DNA of 64,000 nucleotides. It comes from Paramoeba atlantica. Taxonomy: Eukaryota; Protista; Discosea. The position numbers and the translations under genes were made by a program. The stretch lies in assembly GCA_977017575.1 (NCBI GenBank), contig CDRNVI010000066.1:1-64000 (forward strand), given 5' to 3'. The stretch's first letter is position 1. Each line of letters starts with the position of its first letter. The notes beneath the pieces were generated by a model. That model saw nothing but the letters and a program-made list of their open reading frames with translations, did not search any database and was not told the DNA's origin. Below, piece by piece: positions 20,459 to 31,789 of the stretch.

Positions 20459-22375
20459 TTATACATCGGTCGTCGAATCAACTGCTTCGACACCAGAAAT
20501 GGGCTGCTCTGTAGAAGATTGCAATAATCTGGCAGCGCAGTACATTAATTTAGAGTTAAAGAAGATCGCTCTTTGCATCCAGTTAACATGAAATACGACA
20601 TTCGGAACTTCCTTCCCGTCCACAAGATCTGGATAATCTCGCAGAGGTATTCCATCCTCGTATTCACTGTCGGTCAAGCGATCCAGTAGAGAATCCAACT
20701 CCGAATGTCGCCGCCGAAAAGCACTTAGGTACATTTGCGCTTCTATGGATTTCCGCTCGACATACTTTTCTGTCCCTTCCTCAGAGCAGGAAATATCCAT
20801 TGTCGCCTGATGTAGTGTCCCAGGATTAGTGCCAAGGTACCTTTCCAAAATGTCAATATCATCAGGATTCATGCGAGGACGGAGGAGAAGATTCGCATCC
20901 CCTGGAGTAAGGTCCTGAATCCACCTTAAAATCATGTCATCATACATTTCAGGATAAACATGAACTCGTGTGTGATCAATCTCAGAAATGGTGGAAGCCA
21001 TTTTTAGATCACGGGATATATGGCGTTGTTGATTTAGAACAACGTTGACAAGTCTCTTGTTTTCCAGAAAGTCATCCCCCATGCGTAAGGAATATACTAT
21101 GATAGGCATGATTCCGTTTTTCTGTGATACCTTACTGAGAGTCTCTTGGGTAAACGTCGTTAAATCTCCACATGCCGCAAGGTTGTCAACTCCAAGAGCA
21201 CGCACTAAGGCTTTAGTCAGATCTTCATGAGACCAACCGATACGAACAGCAACATGTACCACACCAGGCAAATCACGTAACGCCCTGCGAACAACTGTCG
21301 ACTTTCCACATCCCCGAGTTCCTATCACAGCCACTGATTGTGGCGATCCCATGACTGAAACACCTCTTGGAATCAAGACGTCCCCGTCTTTACTAGGGAA
21401 ATGAACTATACGACGAAGAATGTCAGCCTCACGAGTATGATCACTAGATTTGTCTTGCTTTGTTTCCGAAGCGTCCCTGCCATGAACATTATCGGTTGAG
21501 GTCTCTAAGTAATATTCCATCCTTGTGTCGTCTCCAGCACACATAACATTTGGTGAGGTAAGCCGAGCAATAGCCAGTTCCATCTGATAGTCCCTCCTAC
21601 CTTTCCTCCAATTCAAATAATTCCAAAGAAAGACAGAACAGACACCAAAGCTGGCAAAGGTAGCGGAGACTACACCGGCATACTTCACCGTAAAGTAGCT
21701 CCAAGAGAGGCGTTCCTTTTCGCGTTCCCGTTCCTTTTCTCGCCACACGCGTCGGCTTTCCATTTCCCACTCAGCAAGCTCAAGAATTGAAGCGCGTGTG
21801 CTCCGATGCAGATGTTGTAGCACGGCGACGTCTTCATCTTTTAGCAGGTACATCTTTTCACGACGCCACCCATTCTTACAGAGCACAAGGGCCGCGAGCT
21901 CTGCATCTGTCTTGCGTTCAACACCCGCTTCAAAGGCCCACTCGGCGAGGTTCTTACATCTGTCGGTACTAAGCAGTGGATTTTTTCCTTCGGAAGCCAC
22001 AATGCGATCTCGTGCTACAACATCCTCAAACACGCCGCTGTCCATTAGGACACTATAGGTGCCATCATTTCGAACTTTTGTTATGATTCCCGTCGACGCG
22101 CGGTCGTCACTTTGAACCCAGACGCTTGTTGTCACCTCCAGAGGGACATGGGGACCAACATTCACGGAGTCGAACTTTACAAGAAATACGTCACTTCCCC
22201 CGCTCTCTCCCCCATTCTCACTGGCGGGTCCGATAACTTTACCAAAACCTAGAATCTTGCTCCCATCCACAAAGGCACTGACACGGACATAATTAGCGGT
22301 GAGTAACGTAACCGGGACCCCCTTGGATTCCAGCAGTTTTAGGCTCCGCTGAAAAAGAAAGCTGCATTGAGTCAT
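20459..22375 (-). CDS. Tuzin-like protein (TM segment plus P-loop domain)
   Basis: TM segment followed by VAVIGTRGCGKST and ALGVDNLAACGDL, matching the trypanosomatid tuzin pattern. First ATG used. Confidence 0.8.
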   Translation of the reverse strand: MTQCSFLFQRSLKLLESKGVPVTLLTANYVRVSAFVDGSKILGFGKVIGPASENGGESGGSDVFLVKFDSVNVGPHVPLEVTTSVWVQSDDRASTGIITKVRNDGTYSVLMDSGVFEDVVARDRIVASEGKNPLLSTDRCKNLAEWAFEAGVERKTDAELAALVLCKNGWRREKMYLLKDEDVAVLQHLHRSTRASILELAEWEMESRRVWREKEREREKERLSWSYFTVKYAGVVSATFASFGVCSVFLWNYLNWRKGRRDYQMELAIARLTSPNVMCAGDDTRMEYYLETSTDNVHGRDASETKQDKSSDHTREADILRRIVHFPSKDGDVLIPRGVSVMGSPQSVAVIGTRGCGKSTVVRRALRDLPGVVHVAVRIGWSHEDLTKALVRALGVDNLAACGDLTTFTQETLSKVSQKNGIMPIIVYSLRMGDDFLENKRLVNVVLNQQRHISRDLKMASTISEIDHTRVHVYPEMYDDMILRWIQDLTPGDANLLLRPRMNPDDIDILERYLGTNPGTLHQATMDISCSEEGTEKYVERKSIEAQMYLSAFRRRHSELDSLLDRLTDSEYEDGIPLRDYPDLVDGKEVPNVVFHVNWMQRAIFFNSKLMYCAARLLQSSTEQPISGVEAVDSTTDV

Positions 22376-22625
22376 CTGAGGCAATAGGAAAAAAGTGGTA
22401 GCATTGCACAAGTGGATGATTTTCTTCTCATCCCGCTAAGCATGCAATGCGTATTGGGAAAGCAGAGTTAGAAAATTAAGACTAAAAGAAAACATCTAAA
22501 TCTTTCATTATCTAAGACAATGAGAAAAAAATCATACGCTCACAAAGAATGGGGTGTATTTAGTAATTGTTTTGCAATATGCATGGCATGAAGAAAAACA
22601 ATACGATAGTCGAACTTAATATCGA

Positions 22626-23369
22626 TTACGTTGCATATTTGTTCTTTGCCTTTAAATATAAATCGGTGACCTTGTTGCGCATTATGGGCTGACCCTTTGA
22701 GGTTCGAGTTTTTAAAAAACGTCCCGTTTTGTTTTTATAACTTTGTAGTGCATTTTTAGATGTTTCTGAGCCGAGATCCTCATTCTGATTGAACCCCAAA
22801 AATTGAACCACAGAATCCTGATGCACAATTTTCTGTTCTGTCTCAGCCGGCAAAGACTGAGGAGAATTTCTTTTTCTGCTTGGACGAGACACAAACGTAT
22901 TTGCCTCTGAAGTGACGTCAGACTCGTCGTCCATGTATGGAAGGTGAAATTTTTGCCTTCGGTATGACGAGATTACGTCTTCAGCGCTCCCTTCTGGCGC
23001 AGCAGTATCATTTTCTTTTGAATTAATTTTCAAGTCTTGATCAACAGATGAGAGACCCTGTTTCGCCAGAACTTTTTTCCAATGATCGCGTTCCACGCGT
23101 CTTTCCCTATGCCATGCTCGTTTCCTGAGCTTGCTCTTGCTTAACGATTCCCTGGAGCAATCACGTGCATTCTCAAGTTTCTTTTTCAGCTCTGCCTCTT
23201 TAAGATCAATTTCCCTTAATCTCTGAGACTCGATTCCGGTTTCTACTACTAGCTTGCGATAGTTATCAATCCTCTTCTGGCGTTGGTTAATTTTGTTCTC
23301 CCACCTTTTCTGTCCCAGAAAAAGCGACCTATCAGTTTTCCAGCTCTTAGTGTACTGTGATTTGGCCAT
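22626..23369 (-). CDS. FYV7/TAP26(CCDC59)-like rRNA-processing protein
   Basis: Basic coiled-coil protein ending KTRTSKGQPIMRNKVTDLYLKAK. Confidence 0.6.
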   Translation of the reverse strand: MAKSQYTKSWKTDRSLFLGQKRWENKINQRQKRIDNYRKLVVETGIESQRLREIDLKEAELKKKLENARDCSRESLSKSKLRKRAWHRERRVERDHWKKVLAKQGLSSVDQDLKINSKENDTAAPEGSAEDVISSYRRQKFHLPYMDDESDVTSEANTFVSRPSRKRNSPQSLPAETEQKIVHQDSVVQFLGFNQNEDLGSETSKNALQSYKNKTGRFLKTRTSKGQPIMRNKVTDLYLKAKNKYAT

Positions 23370-23596
23370 CTATTGCAAGATCAAATCCTATGGTCTGATG
23401 TATATAACTTAAATGAATTGCTTTCTGCATGAATGTTATGATCCAAAAATCAGTCTACGTTGTGTATAATTTACTAGATACCATATAAATGTAATGTCAA
23501 ATAACGAGTTATGTAGAAAAACATTCTATGAACAATTCATGTCTTCTGTTTTATTGTACAAGGCCCATGAAGTGTAGTGAAGGTAAAAGACAAAGA

Positions 23597-24433
23597 TTAA
23601 AGATCATACTGCTTAGAGAGTTTTACTATTTCGTTCAGTTCGTCGTCACATGGTTGCATCACTTCCATTCTAAGAAATTCTTCCAACTCTGTGCCTGTAA
23701 GATTCTCGATTTCGGTACCGTCCCGCACTTGTCCTTGAGAGCGGTCCGATGTTCTACTCGGCGACCGAGAATTAGGATCCAATTGCCTGCACTCCTCTTC
23801 TTCTTGCCTACTTTCCAACATGTGACAGGATATCATTTCCCCTTTGGGACTGGAGAACAATCTTTCTATTTTGGGAGATCGAGAAGAAATATGTTCGGCA
23901 AAGTTTTGAAGCTTTTTAATGGGTGACTCAGTGTGGTCAGGTGTAAGCAAGTGGGTGATGTCTTCATCGGTTTCGCACTTGATTTCGTCAATTTTACTTG
24001 AAACAGAATTACTAGTATTAGATGCTTCATGAAGCGGTTTCGTAGAATTTGAAGATGTACCGTCATTTTTGTGACTATTCTGATTATTTATCTGCGACAC
24101 AGAAACAAATGTACTCTCAATATCATTCGAATTTCGGACATATTTGGCTTTAGACTCTACATTCACATTTCTTTTCGTGCAGTCAACGTTTTGACGCAAG
24201 TCTGCAGCCTTTACGTCCTTTTGCTCTGTATCATCGTAGGATCCAACTGCTAATATGCGCCTTTTTGGTGGACGAGTCAAAGAAATGTTGTTTCCCCTAG
24301 ATTCAGCACAATTGCTGCCAGAAAATTTATCCTTGATTGTGTTAGAATCCACTGGCGTTAGTCCTCTACGTGCCACTTCAACGTAACTTTGACAAATTTC
24401 TTTTGGATCGTCCTGATTTGCAAACGCGCGCAT
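23597..24433 (-). CDS. Hypothetical low-complexity protein
   Basis: Long ORF on the cluster strand; first ATG at 24433; no family recognised. Confidence 0.65.
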   Translation of the reverse strand: MRAFANQDDPKEICQSYVEVARRGLTPVDSNTIKDKFSGSNCAESRGNNISLTRPPKRRILAVGSYDDTEQKDVKAADLRQNVDCTKRNVNVESKAKYVRNSNDIESTFVSVSQINNQNSHKNDGTSSNSTKPLHEASNTSNSVSSKIDEIKCETDEDITHLLTPDHTESPIKKLQNFAEHISSRSPKIERLFSSPKGEMISCHMLESRQEEEECRQLDPNSRSPSRTSDRSQGQVRDGTEIENLTGTELEEFLRMEVMQPCDDELNEIVKLSKQYDL

Positions 24434-24821
24434 CACAGAGATGTGATAAAGTAGATCTAAGACCAAAATTTACAGAAGACAGGTAGATTAGAAAAAAAAA
24501 TAGTAGATTAGAAATTCAGAAGTAACACAAAACTGTAAAAGATATTGTTTTCTTAAAATATCATTTTTTAAAGGCGCGTTTCGCAAGTCAGGAAATGCAT
24601 AAAATACTGTCGCTATGTGAAGATAACAAAAAATGTACTTTTTCTGAAACTACACTATTCTTGCTCATGATGAAAACTTGATATGGCTGATATGGATGTG
24701 AATGGTCTATTATCGCGCTGATGAAACATGTACTAAGACAGTTATTCCATACTTGCTACTACAGATTACGTCTCAGACCAGTTTCGCTATAGCAACATAA
24801 CTAGAAGATTTCTTTTGCTAA

Positions 24822-27644
24822 TCATAACAACTTTCTCTTCCACTTCTTTCGCGCAGCACTATCACTTTGCGAGGCTCCAAAAGAAAATGCGTTGGACGAG
24901 CCATCAGTTTCGCTAGGATTTACACCAAATGCATTTACACTAAAAGGATTTGCTGTTGTATCCGATTCGGAAGTAGCGCCCATGTTGGAAAGATTCGTGG
25001 GCAGATTGGCACTCCACGCACTGAGACCTTTATTCGCTCCAAAACTCGGTGGATTAATTTCGAGCAGGTTCTTTTGATCAAGGCTTTGTGTACGGGTAGT
25101 GACCGAACTGCCCATGGCAAAAGGATTCAAAGATTGGCCAGAATTCGAGCTATGTTCAGAGGAAACTTCTCCAAGCAATGGATTTGGTCCCTTCTCTATA
25201 GCGTTGGTTTTACTCTCTATGCTTGACCCACCCAAACTAAAAGGATTCGGTATGATTGCATGATTCGCGCCAGGAAATTCGTTGTCTTGTTCCGGCTTTT
25301 TTCCGTCAGACCCAAACGTTGCAAAAGGGGAGACGCTATTTACGGCAGTAGACAGTGATGCAGGGGCTTTCTTTTCAAAACTTTCTAACCCGCCCATTTT
25401 ATTTCCAATTGCACCAAAACTGCTCTGGGATCTCGAAAAATCTCCCCTTGAACCGGTAGAACTACTCGTGATAAACGAGGACGAACCTGAGGAATGCGGA
25501 AGAGTTCCAACCAACATTTGCACACTCGGAGGTCTATCGTGCACCGAACTCTTACTGGCTTCCGCTTCAATCGTGCTTTTATCTGCGACTACACCAGAAG
25601 ATGCCCTCCACGCATCACGATGATGAAAAGAAAAGGGATTTGAATCAATTCCGCTGGACAAAGCATTATCTTCTTGAATTTTCAATGTATGACTGCTCGG
25701 TAACACATCGGTATTTTTGATTTGATCATCAGAATGTGGTGTTTCTTTCTCCACATGAATTCTCTCCGCCGTATCAAAGAGGGGTGTTAAATTTTTAGTC
25801 GGTCTCCCGCCTTCAATATTTTCTGCAAATTCGTTTTTTAAACTTTCCGGCAAGACCTGGGCTTTTCCACTTGCAAAAGCAGTGAAAGGATTTGCTGAAG
25901 ATGTGAGAAGATTTGAAGAGGATAAAGGATCTGAGAAAGCAAATCTCGGTGCATTGTCGTGACTAGGTTGTGATGCAGCTTTATTAGTGATTGCCGTGAA
26001 AGGGTTAGAAGAACTGTCGGAAAATTGCGAAGGTTCAAAGGGATTAGTAGAAATATTAGATGGTTTTTCAAAGGACCCAGTAGATCCACTTGCTTTTTTC
26101 GAAGGTACTATAGGCAAAGCAGCGTTATTGACTTCCCCAGAATTGTCTTGATTGTCATCAGATGATTCCGCGTTAGAGGCAAAACCGTCATCCTCGAATG
26201 TGACGGCAAGCGGTCCTGAGCGAATAAAACCGTTTTCATTTGATTGATCCTTAAACAGAGCAGTTAACGATGAAGTTTCACTTTTCTTTGTTCCCATTTC
26301 GGATAAGGAATCTTTTCTGAACGTCATGGCGGAAGACAAAGGCGACGGCTTATTGTTCTTTGGGTTAATCGTGGGATCAATATTCGCCGTTATTTCCACA
26401 TTGGCAGAAGATTTGTCCTCCAAGCTTTTCATATAAGAAGGAAGCTCAGTGCTAGAAGTAAATCCACTATCCTTGGGCGTGGGTCTTACAAACCCTGAAG
26501 GCATAAAACTGGCACCACTCTGAACTACTCCGGGCGCTGCGAATGGATTCGTAGGCTGGCCACCATCTGAAACAGCAGATTTCACAACCGATGTAACATC
26601 TGTGTTGGATTTTATCGTCCAAGTTTCGGCTAGCGCATCTCTTTCTTGGTTAACTTTCTTCACTTCGCGAGTTGTTTCAAAGGAAAAATCAATAGGGTTG
26701 AGTGGCATCCCGACGTGCGTACGTTCTTCAGGAAGTCGAACGAACTTCCTGGAAGGTTCTTCAATACTATTGCTTTCGAACGATGCAGAGACATTGATTC
26801 CCTTCGATGTCTCGGAAGAGCGTAAGGATTGCTTGGTCTCGAGATCTGTTTGTATACCAGTCGACACCTCACGTTTCCGTTTCTGAAGAGTCTCACTATG
26901 TTGATGGGTTTCAGTGTCACGTTTGCGCGACGGAACCCACGATGAAGCGGATCTCCGTGGCTTTGTAGAATCTGACGTGAACCAAAGTGTGGAGTTTGTT
27001 CCAGGTGCTGGAAGAGGAAGGCCACTGGCACTAATAAGCTTCACTCGTTCATTGTAAGCATTAGTTACCAAAGTAGGTGCAGGTGCAATTGGAGTTTGGT
27101 AGGGCGTCTGGTAGTAGAAATTGTACACAACTGATTGAGGAGCCTGAGGAGGGATAGGTGCGGGAGAAAATGGAAAATCGGAGGAAGGACGATATGATGT
27201 TGGAGTAAGTGCATCGAAATGTTCTCTCAGACCCTGTTGAGGCGATTCTTCAGTTCCTTTCACTGGATAAGAGTACGCGCTGCTAGCCTTGTCAGCCACT
27301 TCCTTAGGAATATTACCATAAGAAGTATTTGCCCGATCAACAAAAGTTGAGTGATGTACGTCGCGCTTCGCATGTGACTGCAGAAGATTATTCGTTCTTC
27401 TATGTTTAAAAACAGGGGATTCATCCGATATTTCTTCGTTGGGGTCATTTTCCGTAGAGGCAGTTTCCTCTTTCTTACCGACGCACGCATTCCAGAACCC
27501 TTTGGCAAAGTGCCCCACTAATTGAGCAGTATCTTTTATTGTGTCTACGTAGATGTTTGCCACATCTTTTGTACTTAAATACCCTGGTCGCTTTCTTTCC
27601 GAAATGCCGGATCTATCACGTTCCTTGTCAGATATATAGACCAT
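24822..27644 (-). CDS. Nucleoporin-like disordered protein with NPF/FG repeats and basic C-terminus (nuclear-basket type)
   Basis: Eight NPF and five FG motifs in an S/T-rich region; ends AFSFGASQSDSAARKKWKRKLL. Confidence 0.6.
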   Translation of the reverse strand: MVYISDKERDRSGISERKRPGYLSTKDVANIYVDTIKDTAQLVGHFAKGFWNACVGKKEETASTENDPNEEISDESPVFKHRRTNNLLQSHAKRDVHHSTFVDRANTSYGNIPKEVADKASSAYSYPVKGTEESPQQGLREHFDALTPTSYRPSSDFPFSPAPIPPQAPQSVVYNFYYQTPYQTPIAPAPTLVTNAYNERVKLISASGLPLPAPGTNSTLWFTSDSTKPRRSASSWVPSRKRDTETHQHSETLQKRKREVSTGIQTDLETKQSLRSSETSKGINVSASFESNSIEEPSRKFVRLPEERTHVGMPLNPIDFSFETTREVKKVNQERDALAETWTIKSNTDVTSVVKSAVSDGGQPTNPFAAPGVVQSGASFMPSGFVRPTPKDSGFTSSTELPSYMKSLEDKSSANVEITANIDPTINPKNNKPSPLSSAMTFRKDSLSEMGTKKSETSSLTALFKDQSNENGFIRSGPLAVTFEDDGFASNAESSDDNQDNSGEVNNAALPIVPSKKASGSTGSFEKPSNISTNPFEPSQFSDSSSNPFTAITNKAASQPSHDNAPRFAFSDPLSSSNLLTSSANPFTAFASGKAQVLPESLKNEFAENIEGGRPTKNLTPLFDTAERIHVEKETPHSDDQIKNTDVLPSSHTLKIQEDNALSSGIDSNPFSFHHRDAWRASSGVVADKSTIEAEASKSSVHDRPPSVQMLVGTLPHSSGSSSFITSSSTGSRGDFSRSQSSFGAIGNKMGGLESFEKKAPASLSTAVNSVSPFATFGSDGKKPEQDNEFPGANHAIIPNPFSLGGSSIESKTNAIEKGPNPLLGEVSSEHSSNSGQSLNPFAMGSSVTTRTQSLDQKNLLEINPPSFGANKGLSAWSANLPTNLSNMGATSESDTTANPFSVNAFGVNPSETDGSSNAFSFGASQSDSAARKKWKRKLL

Positions 27645-27940
27645 AAATTAAAATAAGTACTTTATTCCAAATTGATCTATTCAATATTTTCTCATTACTC
27701 ACCTTTCTATCATAATACTCAATAACTTCAACTTCCTATAAATTTGATATCCAATGAAGATGTGTAGCCTCATATACCTATGTAGTCCTTCTGTAGACTT
27801 CATACGATCCTTCATGTGGTTATGAATGGAAGGGTTGTTTGCTGCTCTCGCAATCCTGCCCTGAGCGAATCTCAACATTCGTTGAATTAGGCAAAGCTAA
27901 AACAAAAATTCAAGACACATGAGGCTGCGTTCTCTTTTTT

Positions 27941-30400
27941 TCATTTTGAATTTACCGCAAAAGTGGAAAGCACTCCAAAATGATCTGAAGGAAATAAATA
28001 TTCCGGACATGTGGTAATGCATAATTCGGTACGAACATCTCGCCTTCCCACAAGTTCAGAAGCAGAGGCGGAGAGTGTGGGTGCTCGAAAGTATATACGA
28101 TCGGCACGTCCAAAGAAATCGGGCTCAATAATTAGTGAGGTATATTTGTTGCGATCGCCGTTTATGGTGTAAGCATCTGCTTGTGTGTCCGGATCATCAC
28201 CGTGTGCCTCAACCCACGCATCCTTTAAACCTAGGGAAGGCGGGAAGCTCAACATATTGGTTGGATAATCATTGAAGTCTCCGAGAAGGATGAATTCTTG
28301 CTGATGATACCGATTTTCTAATCTTCTTATTAAATTAGTTACTTGAGTTTTTCTATTGTCTTCATTTTCCGTGGTAAAAGGGGCCATGAGATGAATACAA
28401 ATGATGTGTAACGCTCGGGTAGGAGTCATTTGAATCGTTATTATTGGTGCAATACTACGATGTCCTGCAAAGCCTGGAAGATTCACATGCTGTAAAGCGC
28501 TAATGGGAAGACGTCGATTTATCAGTACAAGGTTCCCCCAAGGAGAAAGACAGTCTCCGTCTTCCGCACTGCTTAGATAGTAATGCTTTCGAACCCAATT
28601 TTGAGAAGTTAAATATCTCCACCAAGGCGACTCACACTCCTGCATTGCAATAATATCGGCGTCTGTGTCTGAAAGAATCTTCGACAGCGCAATATATCTC
28701 GTATCTGAACACCAATCAATTCCGGGACGACCTAGTGGTGTCTTCTGTCCGGAAAAACGACTAAATTGAACATTCCATGTGACAATCTTCAGTTCCCTGA
28801 ATTGCGGAAAATCAGATTGGTTCTCTGGCAGAGTTTTAGCCGCTTCGTAAGCTTCCCAAATTGTTTGACTAGCATCATATCCTATGAGGCGAGGCGTATT
28901 TCCTTTGACCACCTTGGTATCCTCGAAACCCTTCCCCGCAGCCGCGTTTATTCGAACGTCGTGCCGTCGAGCAAGGCCTCCGAGATCACACGCGAAATAG
29001 ACGTAGCCTGGAGGGGGGCCCATTGCCCCGGACACGCGCATCCACATGTGAGTGGGAGCTTCCTTCAACGCCTTGTGACGCGTTCGAAGATCCTTTAACA
29101 TGTTGCGTGCGTCATTTAACGCGTCAAAAGTATCTTCAATGTTAATGAGCTTTTCAACTGTACCGGTATTGTATTTGTAAAACTTTGATGGAGCATAAGT
29201 CTTCAATGCTTCACTTAGTTGTAGCTCTGTATTAAGCGTTGTAAGAAAGTACTCAAGCGGATTTAGGCGTTCGCTCGAAGACGTGCAGTACAGACGAGAT
29301 GTTTTCAAGAGTTTCAGTTGAGAATAGAGACTGTCAGCGGTTACCAGATTGAGTGCTTTCTCCGGATCTGCCTTGGTAGGTAAAGAATACATTTGGTTGC
29401 TTATTCCACCAACTGTAAGCATATGATGGGCTTGTAGTACGATCTCTAGGTAATCCTCTGCTGACGACTGTCTAGCCTTCTGCTGCCTTGCTTTGTTAAC
29501 GCGTAGCAATAGTTTTGTTAAAAGAGCTACGTCGAGACCTACTCTACCAGGCTCTTCTTCGAATAAATAGACTTTTTCTGATACACAAACGTTGTGGTAT
29601 GCCTGAAGAAGGTCCTTGGCATCCATACCAGATACATCGCCTACTTCACTCACACTCCACCCTTCGAGAAAGAGCAACAAAAGGACAACGTCGGTCCGTA
29701 TACGTGAGAGTGCTCCCAGTTCCCCGTTTTCCATAAATCTATTCAAATCGAGCCATTCTAAGACTGCAGGTAATGTGTACATTCGAAATTCTCCCATATC
29801 AAATTTTAAACAAGTTATGTTTAAGAACGGAGTGATACCCACCGCCGTCATAAAAAGTTGCGTACTTCCAATCAAACATATGGACTCATTCTTCGAAACA
29901 TCCGTACGAGCAGCAAGGTCCAGTGCCCACGATGCCATTTTGGATTCAGCGCACCCTGGTGTCATGGTCCCACTAAACAAAAGTTCCGAAGGTGATTGGC
30001 GAGTTAGCAGTGCGCATTGTAGACGGTCCTCAATAGCAAACACAAGCGGACTTCCAGCGGTTCGTTGAGTATATCCGTCTTGTTTTTTAGTCATTCGTTT
30101 CCGATATTTTCGACACTTCCACATCCCCTCGGTTCCGTCAAGAAGAAACACTAGTGACTTTCGAGCATGTATCTTCCGGAGGATATTCGTAAGGTTGTTC
30201 TGAACATGCTTATACATAGGCTCAAACCTATCTGACCCCACAAGGTTTCTAAACTCTTTAGCCCTATACGCATTTGCGATGAGGTCTCCTAAATCAATAG
30301 CAACGTGATCGAATTCTTCTTTCTTTCTTGTAAGTGAGGTGCATACTTCTTGAATCCTCTGTGTTCGAAAATCACGGCGGAGGAAGGAGCGAAAAAACAT
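27941..30400 (-). CDS. KREX1/KREX2: Editosome U-specific exonuclease KREX1/KREX2-like (XRN-like N-domain plus EEP domain)
   Basis: Mitochondrial-type presequence, XRN-like segment (DLGDLI, LDG, PGCAESK), and intact EEP motifs VTWNV, MQE, LGDFN, PSDH. Confidence 0.85.
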   Translation of the reverse strand: MFFRSFLRRDFRTQRIQEVCTSLTRKKEEFDHVAIDLGDLIANAYRAKEFRNLVGSDRFEPMYKHVQNNLTNILRKIHARKSLVFLLDGTEGMWKCRKYRKRMTKKQDGYTQRTAGSPLVFAIEDRLQCALLTRQSPSELLFSGTMTPGCAESKMASWALDLAARTDVSKNESICLIGSTQLFMTAVGITPFLNITCLKFDMGEFRMYTLPAVLEWLDLNRFMENGELGALSRIRTDVVLLLLFLEGWSVSEVGDVSGMDAKDLLQAYHNVCVSEKVYLFEEEPGRVGLDVALLTKLLLRVNKARQQKARQSSAEDYLEIVLQAHHMLTVGGISNQMYSLPTKADPEKALNLVTADSLYSQLKLLKTSRLYCTSSSERLNPLEYFLTTLNTELQLSEALKTYAPSKFYKYNTGTVEKLINIEDTFDALNDARNMLKDLRTRHKALKEAPTHMWMRVSGAMGPPPGYVYFACDLGGLARRHDVRINAAAGKGFEDTKVVKGNTPRLIGYDASQTIWEAYEAAKTLPENQSDFPQFRELKIVTWNVQFSRFSGQKTPLGRPGIDWCSDTRYIALSKILSDTDADIIAMQECESPWWRYLTSQNWVRKHYYLSSAEDGDCLSPWGNLVLINRRLPISALQHVNLPGFAGHRSIAPIITIQMTPTRALHIICIHLMAPFTTENEDNRKTQVTNLIRRLENRYHQQEFILLGDFNDYPTNMLSFPPSLGLKDAWVEAHGDDPDTQADAYTINGDRNKYTSLIIEPDFFGRADRIYFRAPTLSASASELVGRRDVRTELCITTCPEYLFPSDHFGVLSTFAVNSK

Positions 30401-30573
30401 AACAACTATTCTTTTATAAATTGAATGTCTTCTCTTCCCAAAAGAATATATTTGATCAATAAGAGACTAATTTTATCAACATGCCTTTTGAATTGTTTGT
30501 CCCAAATCTTCGTTATACCGGAAAGTAAAAAGCTATGTATTGATAACCACGAAAAGCGTATTCTCTAGCCCCA

Positions 30574-31467
30574 TTAATCTGGATCAACACTGCTAATGAG
30601 CTTTTTTTGTATACTGGTGCGGAGAAATGTCTCAACCACGCGCTGGGCTGTATGCGGTACAACCCAATCGTACCAAATTTCGCCTTGTTGCGAAGCAGAC
30701 AACCTGCGGGCTTCTTGCGGGGTGTAAGAAAGCGTTCTTCCATCAATCACTGCGCATGTCGTGATAAGAGAGGAATGCTCACTATTGTGCAACTGGGTAC
30801 AGTCACCTGACCGAGCAGCCCTTTCCGATTCGGGATCCGTTGGAAGAGTCGGTTGACCCCAGCACGTTATGTCAGTATAGGTAAAATTAGTTTTCCCTCC
30901 AGAAGGTGTGCTTTCATCTGAACCTTCTTCTGAGTCGACGTGCCGAAGGGTTGTAAAGGTTTCGGTCTCGGAAGTGTCCTCCTCCAATCGCAAGACTGAT
31001 TTCATGCTTACTACGCATTCCCTTTTCCAGCACATGGCAGGACCCATCTTCCTTGGTCTGTGAATAGTTGCAGCTGCGACGCTTTTTCCCACCTTTTCAA
31101 TGTGCGGCGAGTACCCTAACACGATTTCAAAGGGAATCCACACTCGATATAAAGAATAGTCTGATGCGCATTCAACTTTCCCAATTGGTGGATTAAAATC
31201 CAACCATTGCCGAATGAGAGAAACCATGAAACATGGAAGCCGCTGCTCCACATTCTTTAATGTATCGGTTCTGATAAGAAACGGGTAATATGATTGAGAG
31301 TGTGGACTGCGTAGATACCACCCAGGACATGGATATGCGCAAGGACAAGTCTGAGGAGGAAGTTCTTGCAGTGCTTCTACCTTTTTACGTAAAATAGACT
31401 TGTATTCGCGTCGATTTTCTCGAGGAACATACTCGTCTCGTCGATGATGAGAGTTCAGTTGCTTCAT
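30574..31467 (-). CDS. Hypothetical protein (297 aa)
   Basis: ATG ORF on the cluster strand; no family recognised. Confidence 0.75.
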   Translation of the reverse strand: MKQLNSHHRRDEYVPRENRREYKSILRKKVEALQELPPQTCPCAYPCPGWYLRSPHSQSYYPFLIRTDTLKNVEQRLPCFMVSLIRQWLDFNPPIGKVECASDYSLYRVWIPFEIVLGYSPHIEKVGKSVAAATIHRPRKMGPAMCWKRECVVSMKSVLRLEEDTSETETFTTLRHVDSEEGSDESTPSGGKTNFTYTDITCWGQPTLPTDPESERAARSGDCTQLHNSEHSSLITTCAVIDGRTLSYTPQEARRLSASQQGEIWYDWVVPHTAQRVVETFLRTSIQKKLISSVDPD

Positions 31468-31789
31468 GGTCTAAATTTACCCCAAAGATCCTTGCGTCAA
31501 AGTTCTGAGCATATTAAACGTTTTAGGCAATTTTTAAGTTGATACCCATCGGCTTGATTATTCTGTACTTCAACTACTAGAGTGTACTGTAACTTACTTT
31601 AAACCATTTTACCTGCAGTAAATTTTTTACCTGCATTCTGTATATTGTACTTGCAGAGTAGACAAACTGAATTTTCGACATACAAAGGTACAGTCTTATC
31701 TTGAGCTCAATACGCGGCTCCAGTCCGCCAATGTTTACCGAAAAACACAGATAAAGTATCATAAAAAAGATTAATGCGCACCCTATCCA

